A stretch of DNA of 64,000 nucleotides. Origin: Nitrospinales bacterium. Lineage in GTDB: Bacteria; Nitrospinota; Nitrospinia; Nitrospinales; VA-1. How positions within the stretch are numbered: the stretch's first letter is position 1; each line of letters begins with the position of its first letter. Shown piece by piece: positions 50,864-60,482 of this stretch. The notes under the pieces were generated by a model. That model ran no database searches. It was given only the letters and a program-made list of their open reading frames with translations, and was not told the DNA's origin. The DNA lies in contig CBDCXL010000002.1 of the NCBI GenBank assembly GCA_965223795.1, forward strand, positions 832,001 through 896,000, given 5' to 3'. Made by a program: the position numbers and the translations under genes.

Positions 50864-52554
50864 GCGAAGAATTCAGGGATGAAGAACTCAGCCGCTACGA
50901 CGATCCGGAGGACTTTCCCGAAGTCGAGGTGCAGGAAAAAAGCGGGATCTCCTTCGTCTGGCTGATCCCTGTCATTGCGGCCTGCATCGGCGGCTGGCTG
51001 GCGTACAAAACGGTCACGGAAAAAGGCCCGACGATCACGCTTGCGTTCAAAAACGGCGGCGGCCTGGAGGCGGGCAAGACCAAGATCAAGTACCGTGCAG
51101 TGGAAGTGGGTTTGGTGAAAACGGTCGATCTCAGCGAAGACCTGTCGCATGTGGTGGTGACGGCGGAGCTGCAGAAATCGGCGGAGCCGCATCTTAAGGA
51201 AGGGACGCAGTTCTGGCTGGTGCAGCCGCGCGTCAGCACCACCCAGATCAGCGGACTGGAAACGCTGGTTTCCGGCGTGTACATCGAGATGGAACCGGGC
51301 ATGGGGAAAACCAAGACCACGTTCACGGCTCTGGAAAATCCGCCTGTGGTGCGCAAGGACGCGCCGGGAATCAAGTATGTCCTCAAAGCCGAATCGCTGG
51401 GGTCGCTCAACAACGGATCGCCCATTTATTTTCGCGACATTCAGGTCGGCGAGGTGCTGGGCTACGAAATCACCGACGACGCGCACGGCGTCGATCTGCA
51501 TATCTTCATCGAAGCGCCTTATCACAAGCTGGTGCGCGCGGATTCGAAGTTCTGGAACATGAGCGGATTCGACGTGTCGGTCACCGCGGACGGTTTTCAG
51601 ATGCGCACCGATTCGCTGGCGTCATTGCTGGCGGGCGGGATCGCGTTTTTCACGCCCGGCAATCTGCCCGGCGGCGAACCTCCGGCGGAAGGGATGGTGT
51701 TTCCCCTGTACAGGAGTTACGAGGACACGGTGCACCAGTTCACCCGCAGCGTGGAACTCATCATGTATTTCGACGGCTCGGTGCGCGGGCTCAAAGTGGG
51801 CGCGCCCGTCGAGTTCCGCGGCATCCGGGTGGGACAGGTCAAGGACGTGCGCATGGAGTACAATGAAAAGACGCTGGACATCCGCATTCCGGTGCTGATC
51901 GAGCTGCAGCCGGAGCGGGTGAAGACCATCGGCAAACCTACGGACGACACCGTTCGCGACGTGGAGCGGTTGATACAGCGCGGGCTCAGGGCGCGGCTCA
52001 AGACCGGCAGCCTGCTGACCGGCCAGATGTTCATCGAGATGGACCTTCTGCCCAAGACGCCGCTGAAACTGGTGGGCAGCGACAGCGGCTACCCCGAAAT
52101 CCCCACCCTGCCCTCGACGTTCGACGAGATCACCAAGACGACCACCGAGATCATGCAGGATCTGAAAGACCTGCCGCTGGAAGAATTGATCAGCAGCCTG
52201 ATCCTCACAGCGAAAAGTGTGAAACGGATGACGGACTCGGTGGAGATCGAAGACACCATCGCTTCATTCAATCAATCGCTGGATAAGGTGCAGTCGTTTG
52301 TGGGCCAGCTCGACGGCATCGTGGGCCAGCTCGACGGCAAGGTGATCGAACCTCTGGCCGTGACGCTGGAAAAAGGCCAGGCGACGCTCACGGAAATCGA
52401 ATCGCTGGTGTCGGAGGACTCGCCGCTGCGCGTCGACCTCGCGCGCAGCCTGGAGGAGCTGTCGGGTGCGGCGCGTTCGATGCGCATCCTGGCGGATTAC
52501 CTGGAACGGCACCCGGAGGCGCTGGTGCACGGCAAGGCCGGGCCACGGAGATGA
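50860..52554 (+). CDS. pqiB: PqiB-family MCE (MlaD) intermembrane transport protein
   Basis: VWLIP TM, three MCE domains (GLEAGKTKIKYR, GSPIYFR, SVRGLKVGAPVEFRG), C-terminal helical region, LERHPEALV. Confidence 0.92.
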   Translation: MSEEFRDEELSRYDDPEDFPEVEVQEKSGISFVWLIPVIAACIGGWLAYKTVTEKGPTITLAFKNGGGLEAGKTKIKYRAVEVGLVKTVDLSEDLSHVVVTAELQKSAEPHLKEGTQFWLVQPRVSTTQISGLETLVSGVYIEMEPGMGKTKTTFTALENPPVVRKDAPGIKYVLKAESLGSLNNGSPIYFRDIQVGEVLGYEITDDAHGVDLHIFIEAPYHKLVRADSKFWNMSGFDVSVTADGFQMRTDSLASLLAGGIAFFTPGNLPGGEPPAEGMVFPLYRSYEDTVHQFTRSVELIMYFDGSVRGLKVGAPVEFRGIRVGQVKDVRMEYNEKTLDIRIPVLIELQPERVKTIGKPTDDTVRDVERLIQRGLRARLKTGSLLTGQMFIEMDLLPKTPLKLVGSDSGYPEIPTLPSTFDEITKTTTEIMQDLKDLPLEELISSLILTAKSVKRMTDSVEIEDTIASFNQSLDKVQSFVGQLDGIVGQLDGKVIEPLAVTLEKGQATLTEIESLVSEDSPLRVDLARSLEELSGAARSMRILADYLERHPEALVHGKAGPRR

Positions 52555-53189
52555 CCATGTTTTTATCCCGTATCAGACAAACCGCTGCCGCCGTGTTTTT
52601 GATCCTGGCGCTCGGGTGTGCGCACACGGAACTGTCGCGCTTCTACGTGCTCAATGCGCTGCCCGCTTCCGCCATCCATAAAGAAGCGCGCGACGATGTG
52701 GTGCTCGGCATCGGGCCGATCGCCATGCCGGAATACCTCGACCGGCCGCAGATCCTCACCCGCACCGAGGGCAACGAGCTGGACTACACGGAATTCCACC
52801 AATGGGCGGAACCGCTCAAGGACAATTTCTCGCGCGTGCTGGGAGAAAACCTGTCGGTGCTGGTGCCCACCAACCGCATCTTCCTGTTTCCCTGGCGGCG
52901 CGCGTCGAAGGTCAATCACAAGGTCGCGGCGGACGTGATCCAGTTCGAAGGCGCGCTGGGCGGGACCAGCACGCTGGCCGTGCGCTGGACGCTGTACCGC
53001 ATCGACGGCAACGTCAAGGAAACCGTGCTCGCCATGAAAAAATCCGTCTACCAGGCGCAGGCCGCGGGCGCCGACTACAACGCCACGGTGTCGGCGCTCA
53101 ACGAAACGCTGGAAGCGTTCAGCCGGGAAGTGGCGCTGACGCTGCGCACGCACATCCCGCCGCTGGAACCCGCCCCGCCAACCAACTGA
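52551..53189 (+). CDS. pqiC: PqiC-family lipoprotein
   Basis: Lipobox ALGC, PEYLDRPQI, HQWAEPL. Confidence 0.88.
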   Translation: MTMFLSRIRQTAAAVFLILALGCAHTELSRFYVLNALPASAIHKEARDDVVLGIGPIAMPEYLDRPQILTRTEGNELDYTEFHQWAEPLKDNFSRVLGENLSVLVPTNRIFLFPWRRASKVNHKVAADVIQFEGALGGTSTLAVRWTLYRIDGNVKETVLAMKKSVYQAQAAGADYNATVSALNETLEAFSREVALTLRTHIPPLEPAPPTN

Positions 53190-53349
53190 AAACAAGCTGA
53201 TTATCAAGTCCCTCCCGAAGTCCCCTTGCGCCTGCCGCCGCTTTCCATCACAGGATGTTAAAATAGTCGGCAGCAAAATTGAATTCGCCATCCTTTCCGC
53301 GATGGAGATCTTTGCATAGGTCAGTGCGTTAAGAAAATTAAGAATCTAT

Positions 53350-53407
53350 TGTCACCCTGAGCTTGTCGAAGGGGGCTGGACGTTGCTTCGACAGGCTCAG
53401 CATGACA
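53350..53407. repeat. REP-like extragenic palindrome
   Basis: TGTCACCCTGAGCTTGTCGAAG-N14-CTTCGACAGGCTCAGCATGACA imperfect inverted repeat. Confidence 0.75.
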
Positions 53408-53490
53408 GAAAATTGACCTCTGCAAAGATCTCCGATTGGACAATACAATAGTCCGCGGATTGGACGGTACGTCGCCGAGGACATCGACGC

Positions 53491-56400
53491 ATGCCGCTCG
53501 AAACCTTCCATCCCACGACCCGCGCCTGGTTCGAACGCAACCTGGGCCCGCCCACCGAGGCGCAAGCGCAGGCCTGGCCCGCGATCCAGAGGGGCGAACA
53601 CACGCTGATCGCCGCGCCCACCGGAAGCGGCAAAACGCTGGCGGCGTTCTACGCGGCCATCGACACGTTCATCCGCCAGGGGCTGGACGGCACCCTCGAC
53701 GATGCGACCCAGCTGGTTTACGTGTCACCGCTCAAGGCGCTCAGCAACGACATCCACCGCAACCTGACGGTGCCGCTCAAAGGCATTCAAAACGATCTGG
53801 CGGCGCAGGGGCTGCCGCCGGTGCACCTCTCGGTGGCGGTGCGCACGGGCGACACGACGCCCAGCGAACGGCAGCAGATGCTGAAACGGCCGCCGCACAT
53901 TCTGGTGACCACACCGGAATCGCTGTACCTGCTTCTGACGAGCGCGGGCGGCCGCAAAATGCTGGGCGGCGCGCGCACGCTCATCGTCGATGAGATCCAC
54001 GCCCTTTTGGGCGACAAGCGCGGCTCGCACCTGGCGCTTTCCATCGAACGGCTGGAATCTCTGGCGGACCGGCGGCTGCAGCGCATCGGCCTGTCGGCGA
54101 CGCAAAAACCGGTGGAGACCGTCGCGCGTTTTCTGGTCGGCAACGCCAGCGCGCCCGCAGGCCCGCCTCCCTGCGCCATCATCGACACAGGGCACAAACG
54201 CAGGCTCGACCTCAGTCTGGAAGTGCCGAAATCACCGCTGTCGGCGCTGATGAGCAACGAAGTGTGGGAGGAATTGTACGATCGTCTCGTGGAACTGATC
54301 CACGCGCACAAGACCACGCTGGTGTTCGTCAACACCCGGCGTCTCGCCGAACGGCTGGCGCTGGCGCTGCGCGAACCGGTGGGCGAGGACAAGGTCTCCT
54401 CGCACCACGGCAGCATGAGCAAGGAGTGGCGGCACGACGCCGAGAAACGGCTGAAGGCGGGACAGCTCAAGGTGCTGGTCGCTACCGCGTCGATGGAGCT
54501 GGGCATCGACATCGGTTCGGTGGACCTGGTCGTGCAGTTCGCCTCGCCCAAGCGCATCGCCACTTTTTTACAACGGGTGGGCCGCAGCGGCCACGCGGTG
54601 GGGCAGACGCCCAAGGGCATCCTGTTTCCGCTGACACGCGATGACCTGGCCGAGTGCACGGCGCTGCTCGACGGCGTGCGCCGCGGCGAGCTGGACCGCC
54701 TGTGCGTTCCCGAGCAGCCGCTGGACATCCTCGCCCAGCAGATCGTGGCGGAAGTGTCCGACGGCGAGTGGGACCTCAACGCCCTGTACGCGCTGTGCGT
54801 GCGCGCTTACCCCTACCGCGATCTCAAGCGCGAGACCTTCGATGAAATCGTGAAGATGCTGGCGGACGGCTTCACCACGCGGCGCGGGCGGCGCGGCGCG
54901 TTCCTGCATCTGGACGCCATCCACGGCCGGGTGCGGGCGCGCAAAAGCGCGCGTCTCACGGCGCTCACCAACGGCGGCGCCATTCCCGACATGTTCGACT
55001 ACAACGTGGTGCTCGATCCGGAGAACATCGTGGTCGGCTCGCTGAACGAGGACTTCGCGCTGGAATCGCTGCCGGGCGACATCTTCACGCTCGGCAACCA
55101 CTGCTGGCAGCTGCTGCGCATCGAAGGGCTCAACGTGCGCGTGCGCGACGCACAGGGGCTGCCGCCGACGATCCCGTTCTGGTTCGGCGAAGGACCGGGA
55201 CGCAGCCGCGAGCTGTCCGAAGCGGTTTCCCGGCTGCGGCAGGAAATCAGCGAGCGCATCCAGCCTTCGCCCGACGTTGACGAAAAAAACGAAGGCGGCG
55301 AATACGTTCCCGCGATCCAGTGGCTGGTGGAAACGGTCGGGCTTAAGACGTCGGCCGCCGAGCAGCTGGTGTGGTATCTGGCCGCGGGCGAGCGGGCACT
55401 GGGCGCGATGCCGACGCGCGAGTGCATCGTGATGGAACGGTTTTTTGACGAGGTGGGCGACATGCATCTGGTGGTGCATTCGCCGTTCGGCAGCCGGGTG
55501 AACAAGGGCTGGGGCCTGGCGCTGCGCAAGCGTTTCTGCACGCGTTTCAACTTCGAGCTGCAGGCGGCGGCGAACGAGGACAGCATCGTCATCTCGCTCG
55601 GGCCGGTGCACAGTTTCGAGCTGAAAGAGGTGTTCCACTACCTGTCCACGAAAACGCTGGAAGACATCCTGGTGCAGGCGCTGCTCGACACGCCGATCTT
55701 CGAGGTGCGCTGGCGCTGGAACGCTTCGCGGGCGCTCGCGGTTTCGCGCAACCGCAACGGCACGCGCGTGCCGCCGCAGCTGCAACGCATGCAGGCGGAA
55801 GACCTGGTGTCGCAGGTGTTTCCCGACCAGCTCGCCTGCGCGGAAAACGTCGCCGGGCCGCGCGACATCCCCGATCACCCGCTGGTGACGCAGACGCTCA
55901 ACGACTGTCTCACCGAAGCGCTGGACTTCAGCGGACTCATGGAACTGATCGGCAGCATCGAAGGGAAAGCCCTCCGCCTGATCGCCAAAGATCTCAGGGA
56001 ACCGTCGCCGTTCGCGCAGGAGATCATCAACGCGCGGCCGTACGCGTTCCTCGACGACGCGCCGTTCGAGGAGCGGCGCACCAACGCGGTGCGCCACCGG
56101 CGCTGGCTCGATCCTTCCGAGGCGGCGGAATACGGGGCGCTGGATGCGGACGCCATCAGCCAGGTGCGCGAGGAAGCCTGGCCGCAGATGGACAACGCCG
56201 ACGAGCTGCACGACGGTCTGATGCTTGTGGGATTCATGAAGGAAGACGAAGCGAAGCGGGACGACGGCGCGCTCGATGCCCTATTTTCACAACTTGTCGA
56301 CAGCGGCCGGGCGACGCGTCTGGTGAACGGGGAGAACACCTACTGGACCGCGACGGAACGGCTGCCGCAGCTTGCGGCCCTGTATCCGGAGCACCGGCTC

Positions 56401-57873
56401 GAACCTGTGGTCGCGCTGCCCGGCTGGCTCAAAGCAGAAACGCATTCCGAAGAAGCGGCGCTGGTGGAAATCCTGCGGGGACGGCTGGAAGGCCTGGGCC
56501 CGGTGACGCTGGAACGCCTGGTCCGCGACACGGGACTGGCGGAAAACAAAATCAACATCGCACTGGCGGCGCTCGAGACGGAGGGTTTCGTGTTCCGCGG
56601 CCGCTACACGCCCGGCATCGAGCAGGAAGAATGGTGCGAACGGCGGTTGTTGCAGCGCATTCATAAATACACGATCGAGGCGCACCGGCAGAGCGTGCAG
56701 CCGGTGTCGCTGCAGGATTTCATGCGCTTTCTGTTTGCGCACCACCGGCTGGGCGCGGCCTTTTCGCAGACCGGGCCGGAGTCGCTGGAGCGGGCGCTGG
56801 AATTGCTGGAAGGCATCGCCGCTCCCGCCGCCGCCTGGGAGAGCGACATCCTGCCCGCGCGCATCGATAAGTACGATCCCAACTGGCTGGACGTGCTGTG
56901 CATCAGCGGGCGGCTGATCTGGGGACGCTTTCAGGCAGCCCGGCCGTCCGCCAACGGTGGCCACCGGCAAAATGCGGTGAAGAGCACGCCGATCAGCATC
57001 CTGTCGCGTTCGAACGCGCCGTTGTGGACGGCGCTGTCGCCGCTTGCGCCGGAGGACCTGCCGCTGAGCAGCGACGCGCAGGCGATCGAGGCGGATCTCA
57101 AACAGCATGGCGCCAGCTTTCTCGACGATATGCTGAAACGCACGCGCCTGCTGAAAACCCAGGCGGAGAGCGCGCTCGGCGAACTGGTGGCGAACGGCCG
57201 GGCGCACAACGACAGCTTCACCGGTCTGCGTTCGCTGCTGACCCCGGCGCATAAAAAACCGGGAGGACATGGACGCAGGCGGGGACGCCGCGCGGTGTTC
57301 GGCATCGAGCACGCCGGCCGCTGGTCGCTGATCCCGGCGCCGCAGACCGCGGACACGCATCCGGGAGACGAGGCGGTGCTGACGGAACTCACGCATATCT
57401 ATCTCAAGCGCTGGGGGGTTTTGTTCCGCAAACTGCTGGAGCGGGAAACTCTCGCGCCGCCGTGGCGGGTGCTGGTGCGGCTGCTGCGCAAGATGGAACT
57501 GCGCGGCGAGCTGCGGGGCGGGCGTTTCGTGGCGGGTGTGGGCGGCGAGCAGTTCGCGTATCCGGAAACGGTGGACCGTCTGCGCCAGACAGCGAAAGCC
57601 GAAAAGAAGGAGGATTGCATCGTGCTGTCTGCGGCGGACCCGTTGAACCTTTTGGGGGTCATCCTGCCGGGGGAAAAAACCGCGCGGCTCACCCACAACC
57701 GCGTGCTGTATGAGGACGGCGTTCCCATCGCCGTGTGGGAAGCGAAGGAAGCGCGGTATCTGAAACCGCTGGATGCGGAAAAGCAGGCGCACGCGCGGCA
57801 GGCGCTCATTGGGCGGAAATTCCCGACGCGCCTGAACGCCTACCTGGGAACGCGGGCGGCCCAGGCCACCTGA
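53491..57873 (+). CDS. lhr: Long-form Lhr ATP-dependent helicase
   Basis: APTGSGKT, SPLKALSNDI, DEIH, GLSAT, QRVGRSGH, extended C-terminal winged-helix region; 1460 aa. Confidence 0.92.
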   Translation: MPLETFHPTTRAWFERNLGPPTEAQAQAWPAIQRGEHTLIAAPTGSGKTLAAFYAAIDTFIRQGLDGTLDDATQLVYVSPLKALSNDIHRNLTVPLKGIQNDLAAQGLPPVHLSVAVRTGDTTPSERQQMLKRPPHILVTTPESLYLLLTSAGGRKMLGGARTLIVDEIHALLGDKRGSHLALSIERLESLADRRLQRIGLSATQKPVETVARFLVGNASAPAGPPPCAIIDTGHKRRLDLSLEVPKSPLSALMSNEVWEELYDRLVELIHAHKTTLVFVNTRRLAERLALALREPVGEDKVSSHHGSMSKEWRHDAEKRLKAGQLKVLVATASMELGIDIGSVDLVVQFASPKRIATFLQRVGRSGHAVGQTPKGILFPLTRDDLAECTALLDGVRRGELDRLCVPEQPLDILAQQIVAEVSDGEWDLNALYALCVRAYPYRDLKRETFDEIVKMLADGFTTRRGRRGAFLHLDAIHGRVRARKSARLTALTNGGAIPDMFDYNVVLDPENIVVGSLNEDFALESLPGDIFTLGNHCWQLLRIEGLNVRVRDAQGLPPTIPFWFGEGPGRSRELSEAVSRLRQEISERIQPSPDVDEKNEGGEYVPAIQWLVETVGLKTSAAEQLVWYLAAGERALGAMPTRECIVMERFFDEVGDMHLVVHSPFGSRVNKGWGLALRKRFCTRFNFELQAAANEDSIVISLGPVHSFELKEVFHYLSTKTLEDILVQALLDTPIFEVRWRWNASRALAVSRNRNGTRVPPQLQRMQAEDLVSQVFPDQLACAENVAGPRDIPDHPLVTQTLNDCLTEALDFSGLMELIGSIEGKALRLIAKDLREPSPFAQEIINARPYAFLDDAPFEERRTNAVRHRRWLDPSEAAEYGALDADAISQVREEAWPQMDNADELHDGLMLVGFMKEDEAKRDDGALDALFSQLVDSGRATRLVNGENTYWTATERLPQLAALYPEHRLEPVVALPGWLKAETHSEEAALVEILRGRLEGLGPVTLERLVRDTGLAENKINIALAALETEGFVFRGRYTPGIEQEEWCERRLLQRIHKYTIEAHRQSVQPVSLQDFMRFLFAHHRLGAAFSQTGPESLERALELLEGIAAPAAAWESDILPARIDKYDPNWLDVLCISGRLIWGRFQAARPSANGGHRQNAVKSTPISILSRSNAPLWTALSPLAPEDLPLSSDAQAIEADLKQHGASFLDDMLKRTRLLKTQAESALGELVANGRAHNDSFTGLRSLLTPAHKKPGGHGRRRGRRAVFGIEHAGRWSLIPAPQTADTHPGDEAVLTELTHIYLKRWGVLFRKLLERETLAPPWRVLVRLLRKMELRGELRGGRFVAGVGGEQFAYPETVDRLRQTAKAEKKEDCIVLSAADPLNLLGVILPGEKTARLTHNRVLYEDGVPIAVWEAKEARYLKPLDAEKQAHARQALIGRKFPTRLNAYLGTRAAQAT

Positions 57874-57894
57874 ACTTTTTATAGAGCGGGCAAT

Positions 57895-57925
57895 AAAAAA
57901 CGGCCTTCCTTACGGAAGGCCGTTT
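57895..57925. terminator. Bidirectional intrinsic terminator between lhr and htpX
   Basis: AAACGGCCTTCC-TTAC-GGAAGGCCGTTT with A/T tracts on both sides. Confidence 0.8.
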
Positions 57926-57955
57926 CTGGTTTGCGTCGATCGGGTGCGCTTTGGA

Positions 57956-58795
57956 TCAGCCGTTCATGCTCATCAGCGCCGCGATGCGCTTCTCCGTGGA
58001 AGGATGGGTGCTGAACAGGCTCATCAGGTCCTTCCCGGTCAGCGGGTTGACGATGAACATGTGCGCGGTGGCCGGTTCGGCGTTCATGGGAATCTGTTTG
58101 GACGCCGCTTCCAGCTTCCTGAGCGCGTTGGCCAGGGGAGCCGGCGAGCCCACCAGCTCCGCGCCGGTGCGGTCGGCCTTGTACTCGCGCGTGCGCGAGA
58201 TCGCCATCTGCACCAGCATGGCGGCGATGGGCGCGAGGATCATCATCAGAATCATGACGATCGGGTTGCCGCCGCGGTCGTCGCTGCGGCCGCCGCCGAA
58301 AATCATGCCCCACTGCGCCATGCTCGCCAGCATGCTGATCGCACCGGCGATGGTGGCCGCGATGGTTCCGATAAGAATGTCGCGGTTTTTCACGTGACCC
58401 AGTTCGTGCGCCAGCACGCCTTCCAGTTCGTCGCGGTTGAGGATGCGGGTGATCCCGTCCGTCACGGCGACGGCGGCGTGCTCGGGGTTGCGGCCCGTGG
58501 CGAACGCATTGGGCTGATCTGTAGGAATGCGATACACCTTGGGCATGGGAATCTCCGCCTTGCGCGAAAGCCGCCGGACCATGTCGTAGATCTCCGGCGA
58601 CTGCTGTTCGGTGATCTCCTGCGCCTTGTACATGGACAGCACCATCTTGTCGCTGTAAAAGTAAGCGCCGAAGTTCATCACCACGGCGAAAATGAACGCG
58701 ATGATCATGCCTTCCTGCCCGCCGAGCGCCATGCCGCCGTAAATCAGCATGAGGGTGAGACCGCCGAGCAGCAATGTGGTTTTTAAGGTGTTCAT
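57956..58795 (-). CDS. htpX: Zinc metalloprotease HtpX
   Basis: [36 protein letters not shown] upstream of ATG 58795. Confidence 0.95.
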   Translation of the reverse strand: MNTLKTTLLLGGLTLMLIYGGMALGGQEGMIIAFIFAVVMNFGAYFYSDKMVLSMYKAQEITEQQSPEIYDMVRRLSRKAEIPMPKVYRIPTDQPNAFATGRNPEHAAVAVTDGITRILNRDELEGVLAHELGHVKNRDILIGTIAATIAGAISMLASMAQWGMIFGGGRSDDRGGNPIVMILMMILAPIAAMLVQMAISRTREYKADRTGAELVGSPAPLANALRKLEAASKQIPMNAEPATAHMFIVNPLTGKDLMSLFSTHPSTEKRIAALMSMNG

Positions 58796-59219
58796 ATTCG
58801 AAATGTCCTCATCAAATTCAAGATAAGGCCTGGATATTCCAGGCCTGTTCGTGACTTGGTTTCGTTTTGAGCGTGCGCCGTCCTGCCTTCGGCGCTCCTT
58901 ATAAATAAGACCGCGGACGGCCGTTGTCAACCTCTCCGAAAATCTCTCCTTCAATTTATAATACCAATCAAATCAGTAGTTTTTTCAATTTGCGGCACGC
59001 AAACGGACTGCAGGCAATGCGTACCATGACATATGAATTCCCCGTTCCGTATCTGTGCGGATAAGGCGAACCCGTTTCAAGGAATCAACATTTAATTATC
59101 GTTTAACTGATATTATTTATTTCTATTTCGTTGATCCATATTCATGAGACTTTTGCCGCAACCTGATCAATAAATTGAATTGATGCCTGTTAGGGTGCCG
59201 AAAATGCGAAATATTTATC

Positions 59220-59248
59220 TTGCACTCGAATGGCTTGATTAGCATAAT
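59220..59248 (+). promoter_or_regulatory. Possible sigma70 promoter
   Basis: TTGCAC-17 bp-CATAAT upstream of the 59336 gene. Confidence 0.4.
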
Positions 59249-59335
59249 ATCGTCATACTGAAACAGAGCGGTGTTCCCATCCCCTGGGGACGGGTTGGGT
59301 TCAATGTGGACCATTAGAAGGAGGGAGAGACTCTC

Positions 59336-60406
59336 ATGAGACAGACGCGACTGAAGAGTGTGTTTTTAAAAATGAGTTTTCTAGGCGTGGCGGCGGTGCT
59401 GGCGGGGGGAGTTCCGGTATTTGCCGCGGATGGGGAAGAGCAGGTCGCGGAGATCGTGACGCCTCCCAGCTACATTCCACAGGGAATCGGTGCCGGCACG
59501 GAACTATTTCCTCCCAACCCGAAGCCGGGAGCCTGCTATGCCCGGGTGCTCGTGCCTGCCCAGTACAAACATGAAACGGTCAAGCTGTTGAAGGCCGAAG
59601 CGTCGGAACGGCTGGAAACGATCCCGGCTCGATTCGAGACGGTTCTGGAGCGCGTGATGGTGAAGGAAGCCTCGGAGCGCATCGAGGTGGTGCCCGCGAC
59701 TTACGGCTGGGAGACCGAGCGCATCCTGGTGAAGGAAGCGTCGGAACGGCTGGAAGTCGTCCCGGCGATTTACGAGACGGTGACGGAAAAGGTGATCGAC
59801 AAACCGGCGCACGTGAAATGGGAAAAGGGCCGCGGCCTGGTGGAAAAAGTGGATTTCGCAACGGGAGAGATCATCTGTCTGAAAAAAATTCCCGCCACGT
59901 ACAAAACCATCACCAAACGCGTGCTGAAAGCTCCGGCGACGACGCGGATGGTGGAGGTTCCCGCCCAGTACAAGACGGTCAAAAGACAGGTGATGCGCAC
60001 GCCGCCGACGACGCGCAAGGTCGTCATCCCCGCGGAGTATAAAATGCAGCGCGTCGTGAAACTGGTGGAGCCGGCGAAGGTGAACCGCTACTTCATTCCG
60101 GAAAAACACCAGACCGTCACCAAGACGGTCAAGGTCGCCGATGAGCGGATGGCCTGGAGACCGGTGTTGTGCGAAACCAACATCACGCCGGAACTGGTGC
60201 GGCAGATCCAGGTTTCCCTGCAGGACGGGGGTTACTATCCCGGACCGATCGACGGGGAAATCGGCAGGCTGACCCGCAGGGGCATTCTGCATTTCCAGAA
60301 GGACAAGGGACTTTCGCGCGGCGGCCTGACTGCCGAAACGTTGAAAAAGCTGGATGTGGAGCTGCCCTGGACGGGTGATCTCGCGTCCAGCAACATCGGC
60401 GGCTGA
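59336..60406 (+). CDS. Exported repeat protein with C-terminal peptidoglycan-binding (PG_binding_1-like) domain
   Basis: Signal peptide, eight ~23-aa VPAxY-type repeats, VRQIQVSLQDGGYYPGPIDGEIGRLTRRGILHFQ. Confidence 0.85.
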   Translation: MRQTRLKSVFLKMSFLGVAAVLAGGVPVFAADGEEQVAEIVTPPSYIPQGIGAGTELFPPNPKPGACYARVLVPAQYKHETVKLLKAEASERLETIPARFETVLERVMVKEASERIEVVPATYGWETERILVKEASERLEVVPAIYETVTEKVIDKPAHVKWEKGRGLVEKVDFATGEIICLKKIPATYKTITKRVLKAPATTRMVEVPAQYKTVKRQVMRTPPTTRKVVIPAEYKMQRVVKLVEPAKVNRYFIPEKHQTVTKTVKVADERMAWRPVLCETNITPELVRQIQVSLQDGGYYPGPIDGEIGRLTRRGILHFQKDKGLSRGGLTAETLKKLDVELPWTGDLASSNIGG

Positions 60407-60437
60407 TCGTTTTCAGCGATTTCTGTTAGCGGAATTT

Positions 60438-60479
60438 AAAAGCCGGGCTTTCCCGCAAGGGGGAGCCCGGTTTTTTTTT
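60438..60479. terminator. Intrinsic terminator (likely bidirectional)
   Basis: CCGGGCTTTCCC-GCAA-GGGGGAGCCCGG followed by T9 and preceded by AAAA. Confidence 0.85.
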
Positions 60480-60482
60480 ATT

